A stretch of DNA of 64,000 nucleotides, taken from assembly GCA_963706325.1 (NCBI GenBank), contig CAVPLT010000005.1:51663-115662 (forward strand). The letters are read 5' to 3'. The notes under the pieces are model-generated. The model was given only the letters and a program-made list of their open reading frames with translations. It did not search any database and was not told where the DNA came from. This DNA comes from an uncultured Nitrospiraceae bacterium. Lineage in GTDB: Bacteria > Nitrospirota > Nitrospiria > Nitrospirales > Nitrospiraceae. This document shows, in pieces, positions 18,192-29,890 of this stretch (within the stretch, counting starts at the first letter, position 1; the number at the start of each line of letters is the position of its first letter). A program made the position numbers and the translations under genes.

Positions 18192-19463
18192 ATGACACAG
18201 GTTAAGGCGGAAGTTATGCATCTTGCGGAGCTCAAACAGAAATCGATCGCCGATCTGAATGAGGTGGCGCGAGATTTGAAGATCGAGGGTGCTGCAAACC
18301 TGCGTAAGCAGGAGCTCATCTTTGCCATCCTTCAGGCTCAGACTGAGAAGAATGGTGTGGTGTTTGGCGAAGGAGTGTTGGAAACATTGCCGGATGGGTT
18401 TGGATTCCTGCGCGCACCTGATTCCAACTATTTACCTGGCCCCGACGACATTTACATCTCGCCATCGCAGATACGGCGATTTAATCTTAGGACGGGCGAC
18501 ATTGTGTCGGGTCAAATTCGTCCGCCGAAAGAGAGTGAGCGGTACTTTGCTCTGCTGAAAGTGGAAAAGGTTAATTATGAGGACCCGGAAGTTGCGCGCG
18601 ACAAGATTCTTTTCGATAACTTGACCCCGCTCTACCCTGAAGAGCGGCTCAATCTAGAGTTTGATCGTGAGGAATACTGCACGCGCGTGATGGATCTTAC
18701 GACGCCAATCGGGAAAGGGCAGCGCGGCTTGATCGTCGCAGCTCCCAGAACCGGAAAAACCATGTTGTTGCAGGCGATCGCCCGTGCCATCCTGAAAAAC
18801 CACAAGGAGGTCACCTTAATTGTCCTCCTGATCGACGAACGACCGGAAGAGGTGACTGATTGGCAACGGCAGGTGAAAGCTGAAGTCATTAGTTCGACTT
18901 TCGATGAGCCGGCTCAGCGCCATGCGCAGGTGGCGGAAATGGTCTTGGAAAAAGCGAAGCGACTGGTCGAACATAAAAAAGATGTGGTGATTTTACTGGA
19001 TAGTATTACTCGATTGGCCAGGGCCTACAATACGATTGCACCTCCCAGTGGGAAAGTGCTCTCTGGCGGCCTGGATTCGAATGCACTACAGCGTCCGAAA
19101 CGATTCTTTGGCGCAGCGCGGAACATCGAAAATGGTGGGAGCTTGACCATCATGGCCACTGCCTTGATCGATACGGGTAGTCGTATGGACGATGTGATCT
19201 TTGAGGAATTTAAGGGAACCGGCAATATGGAAGTGCATTTGGATCGGCGTTTGGCCGATAAGCGCCTCTTCCCGGCGATCGACATCAGTCAATCAGGGAC
19301 TCGCAAGGAAGAGCTGCTGGTCGACCGCGATCGGTTGAACAAGATGTGGATTCTACGCAAGGTCTTGAGTCCGTTGGGGACGATGGAGGCCATGGAATTC
19401 TTAATGGATAAAATTGGCGGCACTAAAACCAATCAGGAGTTTTTGCAGTCGATGAATCGTTAA
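18192..19463 (+). CDS. rho: transcription termination factor Rho
   Basis: 423 aa with an N-terminal Rho_N domain ([19 protein letters not shown]), an RNA-binding domain, Walker A (APRTGKT) and an otherwise conserved body. Confidence 0.95.
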   Translation: MTQVKAEVMHLAELKQKSIADLNEVARDLKIEGAANLRKQELIFAILQAQTEKNGVVFGEGVLETLPDGFGFLRAPDSNYLPGPDDIYISPSQIRRFNLRTGDIVSGQIRPPKESERYFALLKVEKVNYEDPEVARDKILFDNLTPLYPEERLNLEFDREEYCTRVMDLTTPIGKGQRGLIVAAPRTGKTMLLQAIARAILKNHKEVTLIVLLIDERPEEVTDWQRQVKAEVISSTFDEPAQRHAQVAEMVLEKAKRLVEHKKDVVILLDSITRLARAYNTIAPPSGKVLSGGLDSNALQRPKRFFGAARNIENGGSLTIMATALIDTGSRMDDVIFEEFKGTGNMEVHLDRRLADKRLFPAIDISQSGTRKEELLVDRDRLNKMWILRKVLSPLGTMEAMEFLMDKIGGTKTNQEFLQSMNR

Positions 19464-19560
19464 GCTCACGCTTGCCAGTGCGGACCACTCCAGTGTAAAG
19501 TCATATTTCGGGCGAACAGGACCGGACCAAGCAGCGAATCAAGATTGTATAGGAGCAGGT

Positions 19561-19767
19561 ATGCAAAAGGGAATTCACCCAGTCTATCGGGAAGCGACTG
19601 TGCAGTGTGCTTGTGGAAATACCTTCAAGACTCGATCTACTATCGGGAATATCAAGGTCGACATCTGCGCCGGGTGCCATCCATTCTTTACGGGAACTCA
19701 GAAAATCGTCGATACTGAAGGACGTGTCGAACGGTTCAAGAAGAAGTACGCCAAAAAAGAAAAGTAG
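19561..19767 (+). CDS. rpmE: 50S ribosomal protein L31 (Cys-containing type A)
   Basis: The 68-aa [25 protein letters not shown]...[11 protein letters not shown] is a canonical L31. Confidence 0.95.
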   Translation: MQKGIHPVYREATVQCACGNTFKTRSTIGNIKVDICAGCHPFFTGTQKIVDTEGRVERFKKKYAKKEK

Positions 19768-19787
19768 GCCTCAGTCGGGACATTATG

Positions 19788-19827
19788 GAGACCCTGCTTC
19801 CTTTTGGGGCAGGGTTTCTTGTTTTTT
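19788..19827 (+). terminator. rho-independent terminator after rpmE
   Basis: A 10-bp stem GAGACCCTGC/GCAGGGTTTC (one G-U pair) has an 11-nt loop and is followed by TTGTTTTTT. Confidence 0.6.
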
Positions 19828-19860
19828 GAGCCAAGCGGCTTGAAGCGAAATGGGCAGGAC

Positions 19861-20943
19861 ATGGAAGATGTGCTGATCAAGAAGTGGGAAGGGATTGCCG
19901 CACGCTATCAAGAGCTGACCAATCAACTCATGGACCCCGTCGTCCTCAATCAGCCTGGCATGATTCACAAGCTGAACAAGGAACGGACTGAACTCGAAGC
20001 GCCTGCGCTTCAATTCGTGACCTATTGTGAAGTGAAGAAGCAGCTGGATGAGGTGTCGGCCATGCTCCAGGATCCCTTAACGGGAACAGACATGAAGCAG
20101 TTGTTTGCGGAGGAGAGCAGCCACCTTAAGCTACGACTACAGGACCTCGAAGGGCAAGCCAAGGACTCACTTGCCCCAAAAGATCCCCGCGATGAGAAAA
20201 ATGTGTTTCTGGAAATCCGGGCTGGAACGGGCGGCGACGAGGCCGCATTGTTTGCTGGCGATCTCTTCCGCATGTATCTTAAGTATGCGGAGCGAAACCG
20301 ACTGCGTTTGGAGGTGGTCGACGCATCCGACACCGGAATCGGGGGATATCGCGAAGTAATCGCACTGCTCGAAGGGAGAGGGGCGTATGGAAGGCTCCGC
20401 TATGAAAGTGGTGTACACCGTGTTCAGCGTGTTCCCACGACGGAAGCCAGTGGCAGAATTCACACTTCGACAGTGACGGTGGCGGTGATGCCTGAGGTGG
20501 ACGAGGTCGAGGTGAACATCGATCCGAAGGACTTGCGCATCGATACCTTTTGTTCCTCAGGCGCCGGTGGCCAAAGTGTCAACACAACCTATTCGGCGGT
20601 CAGAATTACGCACATTCCGACAGGTGTTGTTGTCAGCTGTCAGGATGAACGATCACAGCTTAAAAACCGGACCAAAGCCATGCGGACTTTGCGCACGCGC
20701 ATTGTCGAGGCTGAACGGGAGAAACAGGACGCGGAGATCGCGCAAAATCGAAAGGCACAGGTAGGGACTGGTGACCGCAGCGAAAAGATTCGTACATACA
20801 ACTTCCCCCAAAATCGAGTGACCGACCATCGTATTGGTTTGACAGTGCATAAACTGGATCAGGTGTTAGCCGGCGATCTGGAAGAAATCGTGCAGGCCTT
20901 GCGAGCACACTACGAGCAATTGGCCACGATGGAGTCTCGATGA
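19861..20943 (+). CDS. prfA: peptide chain release factor 1
   Basis: It carries the GGQ motif ([11 protein letters not shown]) and PxT-type RF1 sequence. I chose the start at ATG 19861 because the longer ORF would run through the rpmE terminator. Confidence 0.9.
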   Translation: MEDVLIKKWEGIAARYQELTNQLMDPVVLNQPGMIHKLNKERTELEAPALQFVTYCEVKKQLDEVSAMLQDPLTGTDMKQLFAEESSHLKLRLQDLEGQAKDSLAPKDPRDEKNVFLEIRAGTGGDEAALFAGDLFRMYLKYAERNRLRLEVVDASDTGIGGYREVIALLEGRGAYGRLRYESGVHRVQRVPTTEASGRIHTSTVTVAVMPEVDEVEVNIDPKDLRIDTFCSSGAGGQSVNTTYSAVRITHIPTGVVVSCQDERSQLKNRTKAMRTLRTRIVEAEREKQDAEIAQNRKAQVGTGDRSEKIRTYNFPQNRVTDHRIGLTVHKLDQVLAGDLEEIVQALRAHYEQLATMESR

Positions 20944-21857
20944 GCACACAAGGGCTTGGAATGGCAGCCGTTGCCATTTACACCATCGGAGCATTGCTGG
21001 ATCAAACCGAGAGTGACTTAAAAAAAGCCGGCGTCGAACAGCCGGCTTTGGAGGCTTCCTGGTTGCTGGAGTTTGTACTCCAACTGTCCCCGCTCATGCA
21101 GCGGGTAAACAGAGAGCGCCAAGTGACGGCTGAAAAATGGGCGCGCGCGCAAATGCTGATCCAGCGTCGCGCCAATCGTGAACCGCTTCAGTATCTGCTC
21201 GGCACACAGGAATTTTGCGGTCTGGAATTTCGCGTGACGCCTGCTGTGTTAATTCCTCGTCCAGAAAGCGCTTTGTTGGTGGACGAGACGGTCCGTAGGT
21301 GCAAAGGCAACCAGTCGGGGACTGTCGTTGACGTGGGAACTGGCTCGGGCTGTCTCGCCGTATCAGTGGCCGCGGCGCTGCCGACAGCGCGAGTGCTGGC
21401 AATCGATGTGTCATCCGAGGCCCTAGCGGTGGCGCGAATCAATATGATGCAACATGGCGTGGCTGAGCGTATCGAATGTCTTTGCGGCGACGTCTTGGCG
21501 CCTCTACGTGAAGCACTGTTTGCGAATCAGGTAGACGTGATCCTTTCCAATCCACCCTATATTGCAGAAAGTGATTGGATGAGACTCCAGCCGGAGGTTC
21601 GATGTTTCGAGCCCCGCCTAGCCTTAGCTGGAGGTCGAGACGGTATGGATGTCTATAGGCGGCTACTACAGCAAGCCTCGTCCTATCTGAAGCCAGGCGG
21701 CGTGTTGCTGATGGAAGTGGGTGCAGGTCAAGCGGCGTCAGTCTGCCGTCAGGCAGAAGAGACAGGCTGGTTTCGTGTCTATGATGTTCTTCGGGATGAG
21801 GGCGAAATCGACCGCGTTGTGTGTTGTGAGAGAAGAGCCGATGGAACGGACCTCTAA
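20940..21857 (+). CDS. prmC: release factor glutamine N5-methyltransferase
   Basis: 305 aa with the SAM motif VDVGTGSGC and the NPPY motif. It overlaps the prfA stop. Confidence 0.9.
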   Translation: MSTQGLGMAAVAIYTIGALLDQTESDLKKAGVEQPALEASWLLEFVLQLSPLMQRVNRERQVTAEKWARAQMLIQRRANREPLQYLLGTQEFCGLEFRVTPAVLIPRPESALLVDETVRRCKGNQSGTVVDVGTGSGCLAVSVAAALPTARVLAIDVSSEALAVARINMMQHGVAERIECLCGDVLAPLREALFANQVDVILSNPPYIAESDWMRLQPEVRCFEPRLALAGGRDGMDVYRRLLQQASSYLKPGGVLLMEVGAGQAASVCRQAEETGWFRVYDVLRDEGEIDRVVCCERRADGTDL

Positions 21858-21887
21858 AGCGCGGCGTCATCCTCCATTCTAAACTCC

Positions 21888-23144
<1,257 letters not shown>

Positions 23145-23191
23145 CCGTGAAGGCGAGGAGATCGGAGAGTAGGAAGCCGCAGGGCTTGACG

Positions 23192-23833
23192 ATGGCGCTA
23201 TCCAAGGGGAAATTGCTGCGGCCCGTGCTGCATCTTCTGAAGCAGGCCGGGTACGAATGTCCGGGACTGTCTGCGGAAAGTCGCAAGTTGATGTTTACCT
23301 GTTCATCCAAAGATGCCACGTTCTTAATCGTCAGGCCGACCGATGTGCCGACCTATGTCGAGCATGGAGCGGCTGACGTCGGGGTGGTCGGCAAAGATGT
23401 GTTGTTGGAGCAAGGCAGTGACGTCTATGAGCCGTTGGATTTGAAGGTGGGAGCGTGTAGAATCTGCGTCGCCGCGTTGCAGGGGCAAGCTTCACCGGAT
23501 AGGTGGTCGTCGAAAATTCGAGTGGCCACGAAGTATCCTAACGTCACCGAGCGCTTTTTCAACCAGCGCGGGGTTCCGGTTGAGATTGTTAAACTCTATG
23601 GTTCTATCGAGCTGGCCCCCATTGTTGGATTGGCCGATCGAATCGTTGACTTGGTCGAAACCGGTAGTACTCTGAAGGCGCACGATCTCGCAGAGGTGGA
23701 GGTCATCACGCATTCGACTGCACGGCTGATAGTGAATCGCGCCAGTCTGAAGTTGAAGCACGAGCCATTGATGGCGTTGATTGAGCAATTGCGGAGAGCA
23801 GTGGCTGGGGAGCACAACGGTGGTCCCGCCTGA
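23192..23833 (+). CDS. hisG: ATP phosphoribosyltransferase (short form)
   Basis: MALSKGKLL...VRPTDVPTYVEHGAADVGVVGKD...VETGSTL. I prefer the ATG at 23192 over the GTG at 23141. Confidence 0.9.
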   Translation: MALSKGKLLRPVLHLLKQAGYECPGLSAESRKLMFTCSSKDATFLIVRPTDVPTYVEHGAADVGVVGKDVLLEQGSDVYEPLDLKVGACRICVAALQGQASPDRWSSKIRVATKYPNVTERFFNQRGVPVEIVKLYGSIELAPIVGLADRIVDLVETGSTLKAHDLAEVEVITHSTARLIVNRASLKLKHEPLMALIEQLRRAVAGEHNGGPA

Positions 23834-23902
23834 ACCGTGTAGCCGCCAATTTCTTCCGGGTGTCTTCATCTGGGAAGTGGTTACGAGAGCAGGACGAACG
23901 AG

Positions 23903-25186
23903 ATGACTATTTTTGCCGGCGGTGATCGAACCTTCGCCAAGGCGTTACGAAAAATCGTGACCCGCTCGCGTTCTCAAGGCGCAAGTGTCGAAAAAAGCGT
24001 ACGCACGATTCTGAAAGCGGTGGAACGAGGCGGGGATCGTGCGGTCCTGCGTTATACGAAAAAGTTCGATCGTCTGTCCTTGAAGCTCGATCGGATGCGA
24101 GTGACCCCGGAGGAGATCAAGGAGGCCTATTACCACATTCGAAAGGATGAGGGTGACTCCCTTCGCTATGCAGCGGAGCGTGTACGGCAATTCCATGAGC
24201 GCCAGCGCACGAAAACCTGGATGTATCAGGAGCAGACCGCCACACTCGGCCAGATGGTCACCCCTCTCGATGCCGTCGGCGTCTATGTGCCTGGCGGTAA
24301 GGCCGTCTATCCTTCATCGGTGCTGATGTGTGCCCTTCCTGCGAAAGTGGCGGGCGTTCGGCGAATCGTTATGTGTACGCCGACACCGCAAGGAGAGATC
24401 AATCCCTATCTGCTGGTTGCGGCGGATATCGCGGGCGTCGATGAGATTTATCGTGTGGGCGGCGTGCAAGCGATCGGCGCGATGGCGTTTGGCACGAAGA
24501 CCATCGCGAAGGTCGACAAGATCGTGGGACCTGGAAATGTTTTTGTCGCAACGGCGAAACGCTTGCTGTATGGCACCGTCGGGATCGACATGGTGGCTGG
24601 TCCCAGCGAGTTATTAGTCGTAGCGGACGGCGAGGCCAAGCCGGCGCATGTGGCGGCGGACCTGCTTTGTGAAGCAGAACATGACGAAGATGCGCAGGTG
24701 TATCTGGTCACCACCTCGGCCTCGCTCGCCAAAGAGGTGGAGCGATTGATTCAGGTGCAATTGAAAGGTCTGCAACGTGAGAAGATTGCGGCCAAGTCTA
24801 TTGCGCGGCACTTTGCAGCGTTCGTGGTGCCGACTATGGATGCGGCTATCGAGATGGCGAATGAGATCGCACCTGAGCATTTAACGCTCTCGGTGGATCG
24901 GCCGTTCGATTATCTGGAGCAAATCCGTCATGCCGGTGCGTTGTTTCTCGGGCGCTACACCCCGCCGGCCGTGGCGGATTATGTGGCCGGGCCGAACCAC
25001 GTGTTGCCCACCGGCGCGACCGCGCGTTTCTTTTCTCCGCTGTCGGTGGGAGATTATGTGAAGGTTAGCAATATCGTGCATTACACCAAAGAAGAGTTGG
25101 CGAAAGCCAAGGATCATATCGTCCGACTGGCGCATATCGAGGGCTTCGATGCGCACGCCAAATCAGCCCAAAGCAGGTTCTCATGA
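23903..25186 (+). CDS. hisD: histidinol dehydrogenase
   Basis: 427 aa with the conserved [19 protein letters not shown] and AEHDEDAQ segments. Confidence 0.95.
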   Translation: MTIFAGGDRTFAKALRKIVTRSRSQGASVEKSVRTILKAVERGGDRAVLRYTKKFDRLSLKLDRMRVTPEEIKEAYYHIRKDEGDSLRYAAERVRQFHERQRTKTWMYQEQTATLGQMVTPLDAVGVYVPGGKAVYPSSVLMCALPAKVAGVRRIVMCTPTPQGEINPYLLVAADIAGVDEIYRVGGVQAIGAMAFGTKTIAKVDKIVGPGNVFVATAKRLLYGTVGIDMVAGPSELLVVADGEAKPAHVAADLLCEAEHDEDAQVYLVTTSASLAKEVERLIQVQLKGLQREKIAAKSIARHFAAFVVPTMDAAIEMANEIAPEHLTLSVDRPFDYLEQIRHAGALFLGRYTPPAVADYVAGPNHVLPTGATARFFSPLSVGDYVKVSNIVHYTKEELAKAKDHIVRLAHIEGFDAHAKSAQSRFS

Positions 25187-25788
25187 AAAGCAACGTTGCC
25201 CCCAGGCAGGCCTCGCTTCACCGTGCCACGAAGGAAACCGATATTCGCGTCGAATGGACCTTGGACGGGAACGGTCAGGGAAAAGTTGACACCTCCATCC
25301 GGTTCTTCGACCATATGCTGGATCTCCTGGCCAAGCACGGATTCTTCGACCTGACTGTGCAGGCTAAGGGTGATATCGAAATCGACGAACATCACACTGT
25401 GGAAGATATCGGAATCGTCATGGGCAAGGCTCTTCACCAGGCGCTGGGCGAAAAGGCTGGCATCAAGCGATTCGGCTGGGCGTCGGTTCCGCTGGATGAG
25501 ACCCTCGCGCAGGTGACAGTGGATCTCAGCGGGCGTCCCTACCTGGTCTACAATGTGAATTTGCCGGATCGAAAGATAAAAACGTTCGATCTGGGTTTGT
25601 TCGAAGACTTCTTTCAAGCGTTTGTGACGCACGGGGGGCTGAACCTTCACGTCAATCTCCAATATGGACGCAATCCGCACCACATTATGGAAGCCATCTT
25701 CAAGGCATTGGCCAAGGCACTTGATCAGGCGACGATGTTGGATGAGCGCTTGTCAGGGGGCGTGCTGTCCACCAAAGGAAGCCTCTAA
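25183..25788 (+). CDS. hisB: imidazoleglycerol-phosphate dehydratase
   Basis: 201 aa with [20 protein letters not shown] and [12 protein letters not shown]. Confidence 0.95.
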   Translation: MKSNVAPRQASLHRATKETDIRVEWTLDGNGQGKVDTSIRFFDHMLDLLAKHGFFDLTVQAKGDIEIDEHHTVEDIGIVMGKALHQALGEKAGIKRFGWASVPLDETLAQVTVDLSGRPYLVYNVNLPDRKIKTFDLGLFEDFFQAFVTHGGLNLHVNLQYGRNPHHIMEAIFKALAKALDQATMLDERLSGGVLSTKGSL

Positions 25789-25872
25789 GCTGAATCGGTT
25801 GAGCAAAGGGCGCACCAAGGTCCGCCGTTCACCTACTCACCAGAACTCCATGGCTCAACGGCTAACGGTATT

Positions 25873-26481
25873 ATGATTGCCATCATCGACTATGGTATGG
25901 GCAACCTCCGAAGCGTTCATAAGGCGTTCGATGCAGTCGGCCATGAGGCCGTGGTGACACGCGAGGCGCGAATCATCGCAGACGCGAGCCATGTGGTGTT
26001 GCCCGGCGTAGGTGCTTTTGGGGATTGTATGGCAAATCTGGAGCAATACGAGTTGATCGATCCGATTCGCGCGGCAATCCAATCGGGTAAACCGTTTTTG
26101 GGCATCTGTCTGGGGCTGCAACTGTTATTCACCGAGAGTGAAGAATTTGGTACCCACAAGGGCCTCGATATCATTCCTGGCCGGATTAGGAAATTCGCGC
26201 TGGATACGACGCTGAAGGTGCCGCATATGGGGTGGAATGAAATTGAGATCGTGCGGCCGGCGCCTCCCTTCGGAGGGGTCAAGACCGGCAGTCATTGTTA
26301 TTTCGTGCATTCGTATTATGTCGAACCAGCTGATGTTCGTGTGACTGCAGCGATTACAGAATATGGCCACCCTTTTGCCTCGGCAGTGTGGAAAGACAAT
26401 ATCGTTGCCTGCCAATTTCATCCCGAAAAGAGCCAGGCTATTGGACTTCAGTTCATCAAGAACTTTGGTGCCTGGTCGTGA
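25873..26481 (+). CDS. hisH: imidazole glycerol phosphate synthase, glutamine amidotransferase subunit
   Basis: 202 aa with MIAIIDYGMGNLRSV, GICLGLQ, HSYY and QFHPEKS. Confidence 0.95.
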   Translation: MIAIIDYGMGNLRSVHKAFDAVGHEAVVTREARIIADASHVVLPGVGAFGDCMANLEQYELIDPIRAAIQSGKPFLGICLGLQLLFTESEEFGTHKGLDIIPGRIRKFALDTTLKVPHMGWNEIEIVRPAPPFGGVKTGSHCYFVHSYYVEPADVRVTAAITEYGHPFASAVWKDNIVACQFHPEKSQAIGLQFIKNFGAWS

Positions 26482-27203
26482 GGCCCTCGCATCTGCCTGT
26501 TCTGTTGGTTTCGATGGTTGTGTTGCTCTTGGGGGGCTGTAGCGGAAAAAAAGTTACAACTAAGGCCTCATCCCAGCTGAGTGCATATCACATACGCACG
26601 CTCGTTCTCGTCCCATTTGAGACGATGACGACGCCTCAAGTGATGGAGCCGTCCGGGCCTTCCTTTCCCGTACCGTCCGGCGCACGGCGATCTGATATGT
26701 CCATCGCCGTTCCTCCGACAACAGACCGGTATGCGCGAGAGACCCACCGTGTCCCGTCGGCGGCTGGTGAGAAAATCACGGAGCTCATGTGGAGCAAGCT
26801 CAAGGCCCGCGTCGGGCTGCGCGTGCTCTCACCGAAGGAAGCTGAGGCGGCAACCAAAGAGCTGGCGGGAGGCGCTGCTTCGGAAGCAGTCTCTGCGCAG
26901 AAAATTGCTCAACGTCTTGGTGCCGATGCGGCATTAAGTGGAAAAGTGCTGGTGTATCAGGAACGTGTCGGCAGCCGCCTAGGAGCGGATCCTCCCGCGG
27001 TCGTGGGGTTTGAGGTAAAGTTGGTGGCTCCCAATGGGACCCTTCTATGGGAGGGCAACTACTATGAGAAGCAACGGCCGATGACCGAAGATTTTGTGGG
27101 TTTTATCCAGCGGTACGGGATGTTCGTGACCGCTGAGGAGTTAGCGGCCTATGGCGCGGCTGAGTTGGCTGAAGCGGTTCCGATCGGCGGCGCAACCGAG
27201 TAG
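26478..27203 (+). CDS. hypothetical lipoprotein inserted between hisH and hisA
   Basis: The signal peptide plus lipobox reads VRPSHLPVLLVSMVVLLLGGC. The GTG start overlaps the hisH stop (GTGA); an alternative ATG lies at 26514. I cannot assign a family with confidence. Confidence 0.55.
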   Translation: MRPSHLPVLLVSMVVLLLGGCSGKKVTTKASSQLSAYHIRTLVLVPFETMTTPQVMEPSGPSFPVPSGARRSDMSIAVPPTTDRYARETHRVPSAAGEKITELMWSKLKARVGLRVLSPKEAEAATKELAGGAASEAVSAQKIAQRLGADAALSGKVLVYQERVGSRLGADPPAVVGFEVKLVAPNGTLLWEGNYYEKQRPMTEDFVGFIQRYGMFVTAEELAAYGAAELAEAVPIGGATE

Positions 27204-27227
27204 GTTTAATGAGTCTTACGATAAGGT

Positions 27228-27959
27228 GTGTCCATGCGTGTCATTCCGGCGATTGACTTGAAGGACGGCCGTTGTGTGCGACTACGACAGGGCGATATGG
27301 CCGCCGAAACTGTGTATTTCGAAGATGTCCCGGAGGTGGCGCGACGTTGGCAACAGCAGGGCGCCGATCTCATTCATGTGGTAGATCTGAATGGCGCTGT
27401 TGATGGTACGCCGAAGAATCTTTCGCAGATCGAAGCGGTCATGAAGACGGTCACCGCGCGGGTTCAAGTGGGGGGTGGCATCCGTACGATCGACACGGTA
27501 CGACGGTATTTTCAGGCAGGTGTGGCGCGGGTGGTATTAGGAACGGCTGCGCTCACGAATCGAGCATTCCTGGCGCAAGCCTGTCATGAGTTTCCTGACC
27601 GTATCCTGCTGGGCCTTGACGCCCGGGATGGGAAGGTAGCCGTAAAGGGATGGACCAGCGTCTCTGCGACGAGAGCGATCGACCTCCTCAAAGAACTTGC
27701 TGATCATGAACTGGGGGCCGTCATTTATACTGACATCGCCCGCGATGGGATGTTGAGCGGACCAAATCTGGAGGCCCTGCGGGAAGTTGTCGAGCTGTCA
27801 TCGTTCCCGGTGATTGCATCTGGCGGCATCACCAGTATCGAGGATCTGCAGGCGGTTCAATCGTTCGGTCCGCGGGTGGAGGGGGCCATTGTCGGCAAGG
27901 CACTCTATGACGGTAAGCTGGACTATCGCGAGGCGCTCGCTGCGCTCAGTCAGGGATAG
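27228..27959 (+). CDS. hisA: ProFAR isomerase
   Basis: 243 aa with VIPAIDLKDGRCVRL, VQVGGGIR and ASGGI. Confidence 0.95.
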   Translation: MSMRVIPAIDLKDGRCVRLRQGDMAAETVYFEDVPEVARRWQQQGADLIHVVDLNGAVDGTPKNLSQIEAVMKTVTARVQVGGGIRTIDTVRRYFQAGVARVVLGTAALTNRAFLAQACHEFPDRILLGLDARDGKVAVKGWTSVSATRAIDLLKELADHELGAVIYTDIARDGMLSGPNLEALREVVELSSFPVIASGGITSIEDLQAVQSFGPRVEGAIVGKALYDGKLDYREALAALSQG

Positions 27960-27985
27960 GCGTGGAGCAACCTGACACGTAGACT

Positions 27986-28756
27986 ATGTTAACCAAGCGC
28001 ATCATTCCCTGTTTGGACGTCAAAGACGGCCGGGTCGTTAAGGGGGTGGGTTTTGTCAACTTGTGCGATGCAGGCGATCCGGTGGAAGTGGCCGGCATCT
28101 ACGACCGTGAAGGCGCGGACGAGTTGTGCTTTCTGGATATCACCGCTTCGCACGAAAACCGTAAAACCATCATTAATGTGGTGATGCAAACCGCGGCCAG
28201 GGTCTTCATGCCCCTGACGGTCGGCGGTGGCGTGCGCACGTTGGAGGACATTCGAGTCTTGCTCAACGCCGGGGCCGACAAAGTCAGCATCAATACCACG
28301 GCGGTGCAGCGGCCGGAATTCGTCCGCGAGGCGGCGCAGCGATTCGGCACGCAGTGTATCGTGGTGGCGATCGATGCCAAACGGTCGGAACAAAGCGGCC
28401 ATTGGGAGGTCTTTACCCATGGCGGCCGGAAGTCGACCGGCCTCGACGCGGTCGAGTGGGCGCAACGCATGAAGCAGTATGGCGCCGGGGAGATCCTCCT
28501 GACGAGCATGGATCAGGATGGTCGACAGAACGGGTACGATCTAGCCTTGACTGCGGCGGTGTCTGAGCGTCTGACGATTCCAGTGATCGCTTCCGGCGGG
28601 GTGGGAACGCTGGAGCATTTGTACGATGGGTTGGTGACAGGCAGGGCGGACGCCGTGCTGGCCGCTTCGATTTTCCACTTTGGGACTCATACCATTCAGC
28701 AGGCGAAGACCTATTTGCGCGAACGGGGCGTGCCGGTTCGGTTGGGGCTGGCGTAA
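27986..28756 (+). CDS. hisF: imidazole glycerol phosphate synthase, cyclase subunit
   Basis: 256 aa with [29 protein letters not shown] and IASGGVG. Confidence 0.95.
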   Translation: MLTKRIIPCLDVKDGRVVKGVGFVNLCDAGDPVEVAGIYDREGADELCFLDITASHENRKTIINVVMQTAARVFMPLTVGGGVRTLEDIRVLLNAGADKVSINTTAVQRPEFVREAAQRFGTQCIVVAIDAKRSEQSGHWEVFTHGGRKSTGLDAVEWAQRMKQYGAGEILLTSMDQDGRQNGYDLALTAAVSERLTIPVIASGGVGTLEHLYDGLVTGRADAVLAASIFHFGTHTIQQAKTYLRERGVPVRLGLA

Positions 28757-29446
28757 ATGGAACAGGACGTGATGCAGACGGTCAGTCGAAGCATAACATT
28801 TGATGGGCAAGGGCTGATTCCGGCTGTGATTCAGGACTGGCTCGACGGCACCGTGTTGATGGTGGGCTATATGAATCAGCAGGCCGTTGTCAAAACTCTT
28901 CAAACGCGCTCGGTTCATTTTTGGAGCCGTTCACGCCACAAATTATGGGAAAAGGGCGAAACATCAGGTCATTTCCTGCGTGTGAAAGATCTGTTCGTCG
29001 ATTGTGATCGCGATACGATTCTTGTGAAGGCTGAGCCGGCTGGCCCAATCTGCCACACCGGCGAGCGGTCCTGTTTTTTTTCCCGACTCGATGACGAGGG
29101 CCTCATCGAAGATGCCACGACGAAGGAGGCCTGGGGCAGCATCTTGGAAGGCGTGCTTCGCACCATAGGCCAGCGAAAAAGCCATCCGCAGTCTGGTTCT
29201 TATACGACCAAACTTTTCGAAGGCGGCCACGACAAGATACTCAAGAAAGTAGCCGAGGAAGCAGGGGAAGTTCTGCTTGCGTCCAAGGGCGGAAAGCGCG
29301 AAGAAATCATCTACGAAGTAGCGGACCTGTTCTTTCACACACTCATGGTCTTGGGTTATCACGACATCGCCTTGCAGGACATTTACCAGGAACTGGGAAA
29401 GCGTTTCGGCAAGTCTGGGCTGCGCCAGCCATCAGAAGGAGCCTAG
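28757..29446 (+). CDS. hisI: bifunctional phosphoribosyl-AMP cyclohydrolase / phosphoribosyl-ATP pyrophosphatase
   Basis: 229 aa. The N-terminal cyclohydrolase part reads LIPAVIQD...SRSR..LW.KGETSG...DCD.D. The C-terminal PRA-PH part reads SYTTKLF..G...ILKKVAEEAGE. Confidence 0.9.
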   Translation: MEQDVMQTVSRSITFDGQGLIPAVIQDWLDGTVLMVGYMNQQAVVKTLQTRSVHFWSRSRHKLWEKGETSGHFLRVKDLFVDCDRDTILVKAEPAGPICHTGERSCFFSRLDDEGLIEDATTKEAWGSILEGVLRTIGQRKSHPQSGSYTTKLFEGGHDKILKKVAEEAGEVLLASKGGKREEIIYEVADLFFHTLMVLGYHDIALQDIYQELGKRFGKSGLRQPSEGA

Positions 29447-29447
29447 C

Positions 29448-29792
29448 ATGAGTGCCTGTATTTTTTGCCGCATTGTCGATGGCGACATTCCTGCGAAAGT
29501 TGTGCATCAGGATGCGCAGGTCTTGGTCTTTGAAGACCTGAATGCCCAAGCGCCGGTGCATCTTTTGGTAATCCCTAAGCGCCATGTGGGGTCCGTCCAG
29601 GACTGTCAAGGGGAAGACGCGGCGCTGCTCGGGCATCTTCTGCTGACCTGTTCGAAGGTGGCGCGGATGAAGAATCTAGCACAGTCCGGCTATCGGATCG
29701 TGACCAATACTGGAGCGGATGGCGGGCAGTCCGTCCCTCATCTTCATTTCCATGTGGTTGGTGGAAGGCCTATGGGGTGGCCCCCAGGATAG
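29448..29792 (+). CDS. HIT-family (histidine triad) nucleotide-binding protein
   Basis: 114 aa with CIFCRIV and the HLHFHVVGG triad. Confidence 0.9.
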   Translation: MSACIFCRIVDGDIPAKVVHQDAQVLVFEDLNAQAPVHLLVIPKRHVGSVQDCQGEDAALLGHLLLTCSKVARMKNLAQSGYRIVTNTGADGGQSVPHLHFHVVGGRPMGWPPG

Positions 29793-29890
29793 CGGGCTGC
29801 GTTCCCTGATTGACACTTGTGTGAACCGTTTGTTAGTCTAAACGGTCAACTTTCAATCGAATTTAAAGTATTTCCGACCAAGCCTTCTGG

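Noticed and set aside
19804-19860. N-terminal extension of prfA in the ORF track
   Set aside because: The extension would be translated through the rpmE terminator hairpin. The conserved RF1 N-terminus begins at the ATG at 19861.
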